Assembly (NCBI RefSeq): GCF_001194135.2
Contig: NC_068989.1
Location: 67,158,736-67,222,735, forward strand
Direction of reading: 5' to 3'
DNA: 64,000 nt
From: Octopus bimaculoides
Lineage: Eukaryota
Of this stretch, positions 50,701 through 63,761 are shown one piece after another (the stretch's first letter is position 1; each line of letters opens with the position of its first letter). The notes under the pieces were generated by a model. The model saw only the letters and a program-made list of their open reading frames with translations, did no database searches and was not told the origin of the DNA. Both the position numbers and the translations under genes were made by a program.

Positions 50701-51715
50701 AAAAAATAGACCCAACATTTCCTCTGTGTCATAAAAGGTGATTAAAAGAGGTTTCAGTAGGATTTGCACTTCAGCCTTGCAAAACTCCCACCAACAGTGA
50801 CTAAACAGACTCATGGGTTGGAGGGTTGCCACCTGAGTGGTGCAAAGGTATCATCCATCAGGAATAAGGCATCACCAACAAATGGTAGATGCAGTGATGC
50901 TTTGCTACAGTGTATGCTCCACTCCATACCTGGTCATGAAAGGTTAAGGACATTAAAAAAAGAAAAAGTCTTCTGGTTACTTTGGCAGAAAACTAAAGGC
51001 ATACCAATAGTTATTGCCGAGCCAACATGGCACCAGTACTGCTGCCATAGTCTTCTTTAGAGAGACTTAGAAATATTAATATTTCTATAAAGGCATACCA
51101 CAGATACTAAAACAGGGTATACTGAACATTATAAGGTAAACACCTGAGTAAGTGCTATTGAAGTGAGTGCCAATTCCAGTCATTTCTGAGACAATGCCAG
51201 CTGAAAACTATCTAAACTAATGCCATGTTACCAAAAAAAATGGAAAGTATATGTTTAAATATCAGTAGACTATATTTATAAATAATGTAAGAAATGTGAA
51301 ATAAATTTAGAACAAGCAGTTTAGGAGATTGAAAATAATCTAACCAAATATACTAAAATAATAAACCAGCAACATCCACACAAAATTGGTTTGGTGTTTG
51401 CAGTGACGGTGAGTAAGTTGTCTAAGTTGTTGGTCTTACAGTCTAAAAGTGAGCTGTGACACTCGAAATGTTAACATATGTGAAATGTCATGAGAATGTA
51501 TCATAACAACTAACAATTAACTGCAAGTGATATTATATTTATGGTAAATTTATGATTTATCTTTTTTATTTCAGTTATAAGCATGGTGGTGTAGTAAAAA
51601 AAAGATTTGCTTCCCAACCATTTGGATGTAGTCCCACTGTATGGCACCTTCTATTAAAGCCCCAAGCAGACCAAAACCTTGTGAGTGGATTCCATAGACA
51701 GAAACTGAAAGAAGA

Positions 51716-51755
<40 letters not shown>

Positions 51756-51775
51756 ATGTGTGCGTNNNNNNNNNN

Positions 51776-51813
<38 letters not shown>

Positions 51814-54800
51814 ATGTGTGCGTGCATGTGGAAGGCACATAGCCTAGTGGTCAGGCTGTTGCACTCACAATTTCTAGATTGTGAGTTCAATTTCTAGACC
51901 AGGTGGCATGTTGCTCTTCTCAGTTCCACACTTATATGATGTAGGGTAGCCATATATCTCCTCTACAGCAAGGCATCTGTTCCTGTCGCTCTATTATACC
52001 TTAGAATCTCAACATCTAGCGCAAAGTTGTTTCTCTCTCTACCCTACTCCCTCTCAGTCAAGGTGCATTTTTAGTCTTGTGAGTTACAAAGTGCCCAGTA
52101 CTCTCTGTAAAGTGGTTGGCAACAGGGAAAGCATCCAGCTGAAGACACCATACCAAAGTAGTCACTGAGGTTCAATAAAGTGTTCTGATTTGTTGAACAG
52201 TTCAACCCATGTCAGCATGGAAGACAGACATTAAATGATGATGAAGATGATGATGATACTTATTGAAGATAATAAAATTTAGTTTAAATTTTCTTAGAAG
52301 TGTTTAAGCATAATTTTAAAATAATGGCTATGATTTAGGCACAAGGCCAGCAATTTTGAGGGGAGGTGTTTTATTGATTACATTGATCTCAGTACATGCC
52401 TGGTACACCTGAGTCTGACCGGAGATGTGGCTGAAAATCTTCAAACAAGCAGTTGTGCTAAATCATACAAAACATTAAGTCTATCCACCCCAACATAAGA
52501 ACAGAAACATTTCTTCTGAAGGGTTTCCACACAATTTCTGCTGCCCAAATTTCACTTGAAAAGCTTTGGGTCTGGCTGAAGTTATAAAAGCAAGACACTT
52601 GTCCAAAATGTCACACATTTAGATCAAACCTAAAACAATGTAATAGTGAAGCAAACTACTTTACCAAGCAGCTATGCCTACACCCATTTAAGTAAACAGT
52701 GGGAAACTTATCAGAATGTACATATTTCCATCAGCTGTTAACAAGAACTAACTTTAGTCATCCTCTACCATAACACTTGCTAGTATTAGTAGGAGGGAGT
52801 GGACACAACAAACCATTATGATTCAACTTGAAACAAATAGATTTTCCTTCTAATCCAGGTAATACATTAGCGTTAATTATTTCTGAATATAGACGAAAAA
52901 TAGATTAAGCAAACATCAGGCAGATATGTTTGAGGCTCCATTTTCCAGTAGCTATTTGTCAAAAGTTTTACAAAACTACCATCATCAGTAATACAGCTTA
53001 TATTATCTCATTGTTATTAACATAAATCAATTCTTGTTATTATTATCGTGAGCAATAAAGGGTTGTTGAGTTACCAGAATTAGTAGAACAGCTAGCAAAA
53101 TGCTTTGTAGTATTTAGTAGCATTCCTCTATGTTCTCAGTTCAAATTCAACAGAAATCAATTTTGTATTTCATCTGTCAGGGGTTACTAAAACAAACTGC
53201 AGTCAATTCCCTGGGTTAATATGGTTGATTATATCCCTACCCTTTAAAAAAGTTGAGGTTTTTTGCCTTACATAGAAATAATTATTAAAAGCAGGCAAGA
53301 TTAAGAAAATTACTTCCCAACCATGTGGTTTTGGGTTCTGTCCCACTATGTGGCATCTTGCACAAGTGTCTCCTATAAAAGCCCCAGGTTGATCCAAGTC
53401 TTATGAGAAGATTTGGTTGACAGAAAGTGGAAGAAGCCTATTGTGTGTGTGCGTGTATGTGTGTGTAAACTTAGTGGTTCAGCAAAAGGGACTGATAGGA
53501 TAAGTACCAGACTTAAAGTGCACCAATAACTGAACAGAATAAAAGAGTATGAAATAACAGGTTTTGCAGTATAATTATCCTTTTAGAAAAAAATACAACC
53601 TTATCAGATGGCAATTAACTTCAAATTGCCAGATAACATAGAAAAAGGTTTCCCCACCTTTATAATAGTAGATTTAGCTTTCTTCAGAACCAACCTTGCA
53701 CAACTGGTCTTGCACACAAGGAAGTAAACAGAGATCATAATAACTGTCATTGTTATTTTTGTTAGAATTAATGTTGCTGCTGTTATAATTATTCTTATAA
53801 TTGGTTAGTATTGTATGTAATATAGCAATAAGATATTTGGAAAACGAGCTTGCAACTAAATTTTGACAACCAATTTAAAACTTTTTCATTTTATTCATTT
53901 CACCTTATATTGGGAATGGCATAAACATCATAACTTTGCATTACTTTAAGATGCTATTACCTAATTTTTTTCTTTCTTGAATTCAAAACCAAACATAACA
54001 AGTAGTTTTGAGGGACTTCTTTTCTCTCCATGTGTTCTGGCAATATACTTCATACATAATTCCTCTACTAAGTGCAGTATTGTCATTCCTTGCTTCCATT
54101 CCTCTGCTCTGGAAAATCTTTCATGTGATATGGGCAATGCTCTTCCTTCTTTGAAGTATCAGTAATTAAAAGCAAGTCAGTTGGGGTTCCAGCAACAAAA
54201 TTCTCAGTAAAAATAATCATACAACAGAGATTTGGCTTATTTTACATGAAAGAATTTGGTATCCTGATAACTAAAGTCTAAATAACTTTTAGAACAGAAA
54301 CAACAGTTTCAAAAGCTAAGGAATCTAAATGCAAATGCAGTTTGTTCCAAAAGCTTTTGATCAAGAGGAGCAGATTAACACCATCATCATCACCATCCTC
54401 AGCATTTTAACATCCACTTTTCCATACTGGTTTGAGCTGAACAGTTTATTGAGGCAGAGTTTCTACAGCCAGATGCTCTTCCTGTCACCAACCCTCACTA
54501 GTTTCCAGCAAAGATAATATTTCCCCATGTCCAGACATGTTCTCATGGAATATTGGAAATTAACGACACTGCTTGTATGACAGTGACACTCATCTACAAC
54601 TATCACACAATAACCAAGACAAAGACACAAACAGACACACACACATATGACATGCTTCTTCCAGTTTCTATCCATCTACCAAATCCACTCACAAGGTTTT
54701 GGTTGGCCTGAGACTGTAGTAGAAAACAAGTGCGCAATGGTGCCATGCAGCGAGACTGAACCCAAAACCATGTGGTTGGGAACAAAGTTTCTTCACCACA

Positions 54801-55489
54801 CAATCATGCCTATGCAGCAATAAAAAATAAGAACTGAGTCAAATAAGAAAACTACAAATGATCAATTGGTGTATTGGTATGGCCAAATCCTATTAAATGA
54901 GGGAACAAAAAAAAAAAGACAAGCTATATTTTGCTTGATTTGACTACATTATAGACAAAAACATATTTTATTTAGTCAAAGTCTGGTCTTAGTAAACATT
55001 CTTCCAACCCTTTTTTAAATTGCTTATACAAATGCAAAGATTTTTTTATATCCTTTTCTATTCTATGCACAAGGCCTGAAATTTTTGGGGAGGGGGCCAG
55101 TCAATTAGATTGACTCCAGTACACAACTGGTACTTAATTTATCAAGCCCAAAAGAATGAAAGGCAAAGTCGACCTCGGTGGAATTTGAACTCAGAACATA
55201 AAGACAGATGAAATACCACTAAGCATTTTGCTCGGCGTGCTAACATTTCTGCCAGCCTGCTTCCTTTTATATCATGCTAAGACCAGCTGTTGTTTACAGT
55301 AAATTATGTAAGAAGGCATCACCGTGTGGTAAAGACATTTGCTTCCCAACTGCATGCCTTCAAGTTCAATCCCACTGCATAGCACATCTTAGGAAAACGT
55401 CTTTTACTATAGCCTCGGTTAACCAATGCTTTGTGTGAATCTAGAAGATGGAAACAGTGTCAAACGTCATAAAACACACACACACACAC

Positions 55490-55685
55490 ACGTGGTGGTG
55501 GAGGAGGAGGAATGGTGGTAACATGATGGTGGTTGTAGTGATGTGGTAGTTGTGATGGTAGTTATAGTGATGGTGGTAGTACTTGTAGTAGTGGAGGTGC
55601 TAGCAGTATAGTAGTAGATGTAGTAATAGTAGTGGTGGCTGCAGTAGTAATAGTAGTAGCAGCAGCAGAAGCAGATGTTGGCGGT
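55490..55685. repeat. Degenerate trinucleotide (GGT/GTA/GCA)n tract
   Basis: Visible periodicity. Similar tracts at 11230-11420 and 59100-59220; (ATT)n at about 40620, 40870 and 43970; many (TA)n/(CA)n tracts. Confidence 0.85.
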
Positions 55686-56060
55686 TATGTTTACATCCTT
55701 ATAACTTAGTAGTTCAGCAAAATCAATCGATAGAATAAGTACCAGGCTTAAAAAGAAAACGGTACTGGGGTTGATTCATTCAACAAAAAATTCTTCAAGG
55801 TGGCCACAGTCTAATGACTGAAACAAGTAAAAGATCAAAGATCGTCATCATTTTAAAGTCCACTTCTCCATGCTGGATGCTCCTCCTGTCACTAACCCTC
55901 ACCTGTTTCCAAGCAAGGTAAATAATTCCCTATGGCTAGATATGTTTTCCTTGAAAGCCCAAGAAACAAACACCTTTGCTTGATATGTGATGCTCATTTA
56001 CATCATAGACAAAGATACACAAACATACATACACTCACACACATGTAATGAAGGAATAAA

Positions 56061-56185
56061 TATAATATTATCACCTCTATTATTGAACTTACTATATTAT
56101 ATTCTGAAACTAATAAATATAAATATTATAATATTATCACCTTTATTATTGGACTTACTATATTATATTCTGAAACTAATAAATT
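56061..56185. repeat. 58-bp tandem duplication (2 mismatches)
   Basis: TATAATATTATCACCT.TATTATTG.ACTTACTATATTATATTCTGAAACTAATAAAT at 56061-56118 and 56128-56185. Confidence 0.9.
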
Positions 56186-56320
56186 ATCCTTGGAATTTAA
56201 GTTTGCATGAAACAATTTCCTTTAAGGAAACTGTCCACTTCTATATACTCTGTTAGCTAGTATTCACAGGAATGCTTAAAGTGTTGAGGAAACTGCTCAG
56301 ATTTCTAAATCCCCTTTATC

Positions 56321-56357
<37 letters not shown>

Positions 56358-56361
<4 letters not shown>

Positions 56362-56612
56362 TGCGCCCTTTTTTAAAGCCTAGCTAGGCTCATGGGCCCG
56401 GTTTCCCCGGTTTCAATGGCGTATGTGTTCCCCAGCTGGACAGGACACCAGTCCATCGCAGTGTTACTCATTTTTGCCAGCTGAGTGGACTGGAGCAACG
56501 TGAAATGAAGTGTTTTGCTCAAGAACACAACGCGTTGCCCGGTCCAGGAATCGAAACCACAATCTTACGATCATGATGCTGACACCCTAACCACTAAGCC
56601 ACGCGCCTCCAC
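56358..56612 (-). mobile_element. SINE family D variant embedded in a (TA)n run
   Basis: Head GTGGAGGCGCGTGGCTTAGTGG; body CTGCGATGGACTGGTGTCCTGTCCAG; pure (TA)n on both sides. Related copy at 5760-5968. Confidence 0.85.
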
Positions 56613-56614
56613 AT

Positions 56615-56661
<47 letters not shown>

Positions 56662-57209
56662 TACACAGGAACTGTGCCATATTTTTTTTTGGGGGGGGGG
56701 TCTTAGGACAGTAGCAACACAACGGGGTGAGAGGATGGGGCTGAGGGGAAGACCACACTGTAGCTAAAAACTATGACACACACACGCACACATAAAAACA
56801 AGGACACCAATGCATGTGCACATAAGGATACACATCTTAGAAAAGTAGAATGGAGTAAGTAGAGCAAGAACACACAGGAAAACGAAAAGTATTGCTGAAG
56901 AGGTCACAGATGTGTGATGAAAGATTTGTGGACAATGGACATGAGTTGAAATGGGCCTGCTTAGCCATCATTAGATATTGTGGTGTATTTTGAGTTCATC
57001 TTGGTATATTGGATACATTAAGTTAAAATTTTCTGGTGTTGGTGGCACTTTGTAGAGTAATAGTTAGGTTATAGAGTAGGTTATGATGGAAGAATTTTAT
57101 TGATTAAATTTGGAGTTGTGCTATAGTTCAGAATTCAGTCATGCATGCAGAATTTTGTAATCAGCTGTGTCTCTTTAGGTGTGTCAGCTTCAGGTCTTGG
57201 AGTTGTTTT

Positions 57210-57273
<64 letters not shown>

Positions 57274-57364
57274 TATGTATATGCATATACATACATATAC
57301 ATACATATATATATGGGAGAATATACACATATATGTATATACATACACATACATATATATATAC

Positions 57365-57700
57365 TGCCTGATTGGCACCCGTGCCAGAGGCACATAGAAA
57401 GCACCATTCGAGCGTGGTCGTTGCCAGTGCCGCTTGACTGGCCCCCATGCCAGTGGCATGTAAAAAGCATCATTAAAGCATGGCCGATGGCAGTACCGCC
57501 TGACTGGCCCTCGTGCCAGTGGCATGTAAAAAGCATCCACTACACTCTCAGAGTGGTTGGCATTAGGAAGGGCATCCAGCTGTAGAAACATTGCCAGATC
57601 GGATTGGAGCCTAGTGCAGCCTTCTGGCTCGCTAGCTGTCAGTCAAACCATCCAACCCATGCCAGCATCATAAGCAGAAGTTAAACGAAATGACGATGAT
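57365..57700 (+). mobile_element. Family C copy with internally iterated GTGCCAGTGGCA.GTAAAAAGCA units
   Basis: Three related ~65-bp units precede the common 3' tail. Confidence 0.8.
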
Positions 57701-59344
57701 ACATATATATACTAATATATGTATATACATACATATATATACACATATATGTATATACAAACACGTACATATATACACATCTATGTATATACAAACAGAC
57801 ACATATATACACACATGTATATACATACACATACATATATAGATANNNNNNNNNNNNNNNNNNNNNNNNNNNNNNNNNNNNNNNNNNNNNNNNNNNNNNN
57901 NNNNNNNNNNNNNNNNNNNNNNNNNNNNNNNNNNNNNNNNNNNNNNNNNNNNNNNNNNNNNNNNNNNNNNNNNNNNNNNNNNNNNNNNNNNNNNNNNNNN
58001 NNNNNNNNNNNNNNNNNNNNNNNNNNNNNNNNNNNNNNNNNNNNNNNNNNNNNNNNNNNNNNNNNNNNNNNNNNNNNNNNNNNNNNNNNNNNNNNNNNNN
58101 NNNNNNNNNNNNNNNNNNNNNNNNNNNNNNNNNNNNNNNNNNNNNNNNNNNNNNNNNNNNNNNNNNNNNNNNNNNNNNNNNNNNNNNNNNNNNNNNNNNN
58201 NNNNNNNNNNNNNNNNNNNNNNNNNNNNNNNNNNNNNNNNNNNNNNNNNNNNNNNNNNNNNNNNNNNNNNNNNNNNNNNNNNNNNNNNNNNNNNNNNNNN
58301 NNNNNNNNNNNNNNNNNNNNNNNNNNNNNNNNNNNNNNNNNNNNNNNNNNNNNNNNNNNNNNNNNNNNNNNNNNNNNNNNNNNNNNNNNNNNNNNNNNNN
58401 NNNNNNNNNNNNNNNNCATACATATGTATATACATACACATAAATACATATTTATATACATACACATACATACATATTTATATACATGCACCTCTCCTTC
58501 ATTGGACACTAAACTGCTTCTTTCAATTTCCGGCTACCAACTTCATTCACAAAGCTTTGATCAGCCCAGGTTTATAGCAAAAGATATTAATTCACGCTTC
58601 CATGCAGTGCATCTGAACCCGAGACCACGTTCTTTGGAAGCAAATATCTTAACCCACACAGCCGCAACAACTCATAACTTTCTTACTACTTTGACCTAGA
58701 TATTATGCAGCCAACATTCAATTTGAACTTCTGTAGGTCATGAGGAGAGCAGGAAAAGAGACATCTATGAAGCGATCCACGGTGTAAAAAAAGAAAAGAA
58801 AGAAAGACTGCAGAGTAGCACTAGAAAAGGAAACAATATTGTGTCACAATATCTTATATACTGCATAACCAAAGAAATTCTATGAGCTTCTGGCAGTTTG
58901 TCAGGATTCACATTACCACGTTAATCATCAATGTAAATTAATACGGTAGGGAAAGTGCATGCAGTTGATAGAAGCTGAACTAAAAGTATACATAATTGGA
59001 TATTTTGTATAATAAACTAGGCCTGACAAACTTTATATCAGATAATTAGTTGGTTTTGTGCTAATACTTTATGAGACCAGAAGAATGTAGTAATGAAAAT
59101 CAGCACCATGCTGTGGCTGATGATGGTGGTGATGATGATGGTAGTGGTGGTGTTGATAGCAGTGTGATGTTGTTGCTGTTGGTGGCAGTAGTAATGGTGG
59201 TGGTGGTGGTGGTGGTAGGCCCTGGTTATCACTCAATGGTTAACTACTTCCTTTACGCCTACAACTATGTCTAACTTCTTTTTAACCTACACCATTTACT
59301 TACAGGTGAAGGTCAGGCTGCTGAGAGCAAAAAACAGCCTGATA

Positions 59345-59700
59345 GAAATAGCAGCCAAATCTACCTCAAATCACTTCCTACTGTCTTAAAAATGAAAGGA
59401 CACATTAAAATATTCCTAGGTATAAAATGTTTGAAATAGCAGCCAAACCTATCTCAAATCACTCACTATCATCTTAAAATAGGAAGGACACATTGAATGA
59501 GGTGGTGCTAGATATGAAATATCTGAAATAGCAGTTATATCTACCTGAAACCACACCTACCATCTTAAAAAAAAGGAAGAACACATTGAATAAGGTAATC
59601 TTAGTCTTAGATATAAAGTATCTGAAATAGTGGCTAAATCTACCTCAAATCACTCCTTACCGTCTTAGAAAAATGAAAAGGACAGATTGAATATCTTAGT
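59345..59700 (+). repeat. Degenerate tandem array of four ~90-98-bp units
   Basis: Unit GAAATAGCAGCCAAATCTACCTCAAATCAC...TCTTAAAA...GGACACATTG starts at about 59345, 59433, 59525 and 59624. Single copies occur at about 3290, 48310 and 61660. Confidence 0.85.
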
Positions 59701-60698
59701 TTGATTAAAGTTGGGATGGTCACAGTTGGAATAACTTTGATTGTAAGTCTGTTCTAAACCAATATAAATAGATTGTAAGAAAACAATGACAGATGCAAGT
59801 GTACAACTGAATACACACACACAGTCATCACTAAGCGAGAACAGGTGATGTAAGCTGACAAAGGATTGGCACAGCTGCTGACATCCGACAAAGCAGATGG
59901 GGAAATGACAACTCATTAAACAAACAGGTTCACAGACCAGGTAGACTGTTCGTCAGCTTGACGATGAGCCATCAGTCATTCAAGTAACTGGATCCCTACC
60001 CATGAAATTAACTTGTAGGTGGCTGAGCATTCTGCAGACATCTTTTTATCTTTTATCTTTTACTTCTTTCAATCACTGGATTGTGGCCATGCTGGGGCAT
60101 TGACCTGAAAGGTTTAAGTCAAATAAATCAACCAATCAACCCCAGTACTAATTTTTTAAGCCTGGTCCTTACTCTATCAGTCTCTTTCGCACAACTGCTT
60201 TGTTTCATTGATGTAAACAAACCAACACTAGTTACCAAGTAGTGGTGGGGAACAAACACAACCACAAAGAAACACACACACACAACAAGCTTCACACAGT
60301 CTATCTACCAAATTCACTCAGAAGACATTGGTCGGCTCAGGGCTATAATAAAAAAACACTTGCCCAAGGTATGTGCCTTGGGACTGAACCTGAGACCACA
60401 TTGCTGCAAAGTGAGCTTCTTAACCACACAGCCATACCTGCACCTTACTTATCTTCAATGCAATTCTCAGGATTAATCAGTATAACACAAGATGACAAGG
60501 GTGGCGCTTTTGGAATTACACAGGTACAATCCAAAGAGGAAAAAAGTTACCCCTATTACTGGACTGATACTAAAAGTAATTGGCTCTGAAAGAATTTAAA
60601 ACATAGTTAACCTCAGTGGGATTTCAACTCAGTGTGCAAAACAGTGGATAGTAATATATTCAAAGAGAATACAATCCATAAAATTAAGGCTATTTTAA

Positions 60699-60891
60699 TC
60701 CTTCGGCATTTAAACTAGCCAAATCTGGCTCAAATATTCTACATTTTACATACAAACTGGCCATATCTAACCTCTCACACCTAACCTATCACATCATCGG
60801 AACCCCAAAGCTATAAGATAACGCATGTTTAATTCAAAACAATTTGAATAAAAAGAAATTATATTTAACACAGTAACTGAACACTAAAGGA
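60699..60891. mobile_element. TTAA MITE family 2, second copy
   Basis: TTAA|TCCTTCGGC...CTAAAGGA|TTAA; interior aligns with 34218-34437. Confidence 0.65.
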
Positions 60892-61079
60892 TTAAGGAGA
60901 TGCAATAAGGGGAGTAGGAGATGACTGCATGAAAAATTTCTTTTTCTCACATAGCCTTTTTTAAAAAAAATAATGAAGAATTTCGTAAAATGACTGACAT
61001 TATTAAGCTAGTGTTTGGAGCATAAATTAACATGGAATCTTAATTGAAGGTTTTAATCCAGATCACTTTAGAATACTAT

Positions 61080-61465
61080 TTTACTTGTTTCAGTCATTTG
61101 ACTGCGGCCATGCTGGAGCACCGCCTTTAGTCAATCAAATCGACCCCAGGACTTATTCTTTGTAAGCCTAGTACTTATTCTATCGGTCTCTTTTTGCTGA
61201 ACCACTAAGTTACGGGGACGTAAACACACTAGCATCAGTTGTCAAGCGATGGTGGGGGGACAAACACAGACACACAAACACACACACACACACATATACA
61301 TACATATACATATATACAACGGGCTTCTTTCAGTTTCCGTCTACCAAATCCACTCACAAGGCTTTGGTCGGCCCGAGACTATAGTAGAAGACACTTGCCC
61401 AAGATGCCACGCAGTGGGACTGAACCCGGAACCATGTGGTTGGTAAGCAAGCTACTTACCACACA
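61080..61465 (-). mobile_element. SINE family A copy (well preserved)
   Basis: Near-identical to 29495-29905. Other copies at about 1741, 2985, 10040, 12130, 19725, 23105, 23370, 32880, 34680, 39630, 51575, 53290, 54620, 58490, 60050 and 63500. Confidence 0.85.
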
Positions 61466-63719
61466 TGTGAAAGTTTGTAACATAAAACCCTTTTCGTGTC
61501 AAACCAAATGAGGCCATTTGGTATGAAAAAGGTTAAGGGGTAGCACTGATTCTTGACAAAACCACAAATTTGTAAGGAGACAAGTAGTCAACGCAATCTA
61601 CTACAGCAAACAAGGGGCAAGCCAATGTTGTGGCCTCTACATGGTCACTCAATCCACTAGAAATAGCAACCAAGTCTCACTCAAATCACACCCTGCTATT
61701 TTTTTTAAATTGACCCATTAGATAATGTAGTCCAGATAAACACACCACTTGAGAAAAGATAGGATGGTTACAGTTGGAATGCATTTAATCATAAGTTCAC
61801 TTATTCACTATTGACCTCAGACAAAACAACAACAGATATTTATTTATTTATTTATTTAAGCCTAAAAGGGAGCTTCTACATGTCTGATCAACCAATTAGA
61901 AATAGTAATCAATTCTCAAATAATATGAAAGGATAACTCTAAGAAAATGGAAGTGTCATGACAGATGCAAGTGTACAACTGAACACACACACAGAGTCAT
62001 AGTGATAGTAGCTCTGTTCAATGAGGGTTGATCTGGTGTCTAACAACAACAAAGATTCTAAGATTAATGGCAAAGTTTATTTGGTATCTTTTGCAAAGAG
62101 ATTGGCAGTGGCAATAACTGGGTGCAAAACTGGTTGTGTGGATAAGAAATTCACTTAGCAATCATGTAGTTTTGGGTTCAATCCAACTGCATTACACCTT
62201 GGGAAAAGTATCTTCTACTTGCTAAACATTGGCCAATGTTTTTTGAGAAGAACTAGCAGAGGAAAAATGTATGGAAGCCCATAAGGACGTTTGTATGGAC
62301 TACGTATGTGCATGAGTATTAGTGTGGATGCATGCATGCATGCATCTCTCATTGAGAGAGACACATGAACATCTGAGTGAAAAAACGAAAACTTGGTGCT
62401 CAGTAAATGAGGTCCTATGTTAATATTTGTTCTGCTCTAAGTTACCAGACACTACCTTGTCACATTTGCTACTGGAAATGTGAGTGAAATAGAATCCAAA
62501 GCAAATGTTTTCAAAGTGAAATTTTAAACCACACAATTTATTTATTTAGTTTCTTAAGAAAAATATAGACCCGTAATGTTTCTGCATTCTTCACAGATAT
62601 AAGCTGCAATAAAAGATTCATGCAACTTACATGTATACATATAATTATAGACACACATTTATAAATATTTATATGGGCTTCCATACATTTTCCCCTCTAT
62701 GAGTTCTACTCACAACATATGACAACTCAGAGCAATAGTAAAAACATTTTCACAAGATACTGCACTGAGATGTTCTAATATTTTATGCTTTGTGTGGGTA
62801 TGATTATTATTTGCAAAGTTGCTCTTTATTTCAATATTTCCATATATAGACAATGAATAGAAATAGTAGAAACATGCTACATAATTCCTTACAGATTAAA
62901 TTTTACTCCGATTGACTCATCCCTCTGGGGAGAGTGTTACTAAATGCCTGTGCTTATATTTTATAAAAAGTGCTATGGTCTCAATTCTTAACCTACTAAT
63001 GTTCCATGTGGAAAAAAATCTTCCCTGAATTTCCCTCAAAATGTAATTACTGCCATCTTCAATGAGATGTCTCACTTCTTAAAATATTTAATTAATAAGT
63101 TACAAGTTATGACATGCTGATGATTTCTAAAAAGAAAGAAATGGTACAGTACTTGATTACTAATGTCTAGGAAATTTAAGAACACTGTATTAAGTAAATA
63201 ATAAGAAAAAAATTATATATGTAAGCTCAATGCATCTTTTTCCTTAATTTCAAATTTCTAATCCTACCTTGTCCTATGATGAAATGATTGTAATAGCGGT
63301 GACCATTGGTGAGGCCACGTACATTAAGGTAGCATCTTTGCCCTTAAATATCAAATATTTCTTTAGATAATACTTAATCCTTTAGCATTTAAACTAGACA
63401 TATCAGACTAAAATATTCTAGCTGTTTTATATTCAAGCCAGCCAGATTTGACTTCTCACACCTACCTTGCAATGTCTCAAAACCTCGAAGCTACAAGATA
63501 TCTTTTAAATTTTATTTATTTCAGTCATTAGACTGTGGCCATGTTGGGGCACCACCATGAGCAATTCGTTTCAGTCAAATGAATCGACCCCATTACTTAT
63601 TTTTAAGTTAAGCCTAGTACTTATTCCATCAATCTCTTTTGTTGAACCACTAAGTTACACTGACGTAAACACACCAACACTGGTTGTCAAGTGGTGGTGG
63701 GATACAAAAACAGACACAA

Positions 63720-63753
<34 letters not shown>

Positions 63754-63761
63754 CATCATCA

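Noticed and set aside
51720-51830. Duplicated (GT)n-ACATGTGTGCGT either side of a 10-N gap
   Set aside because: Most likely unmerged overlapping contig ends.
57145-57591. YIYI/HTHT/CVCV-rich ORFs here and throughout the window
   Set aside because: Translations of (TA)n/(CA)n microsatellites and SINE bodies; no splice or homology support.
59038-59274. Poly-His/Pro/Thr ORFs as a possible annexin N-terminal tail
   Set aside because: Degenerate trinucleotide repeat with no G/Y/P periodicity and no convincing splice sites.
63276-63370. Box C (ATGATGA) suggesting a C/D snoRNA
   Set aside because: No CTGA box D or terminal stem at a suitable distance.
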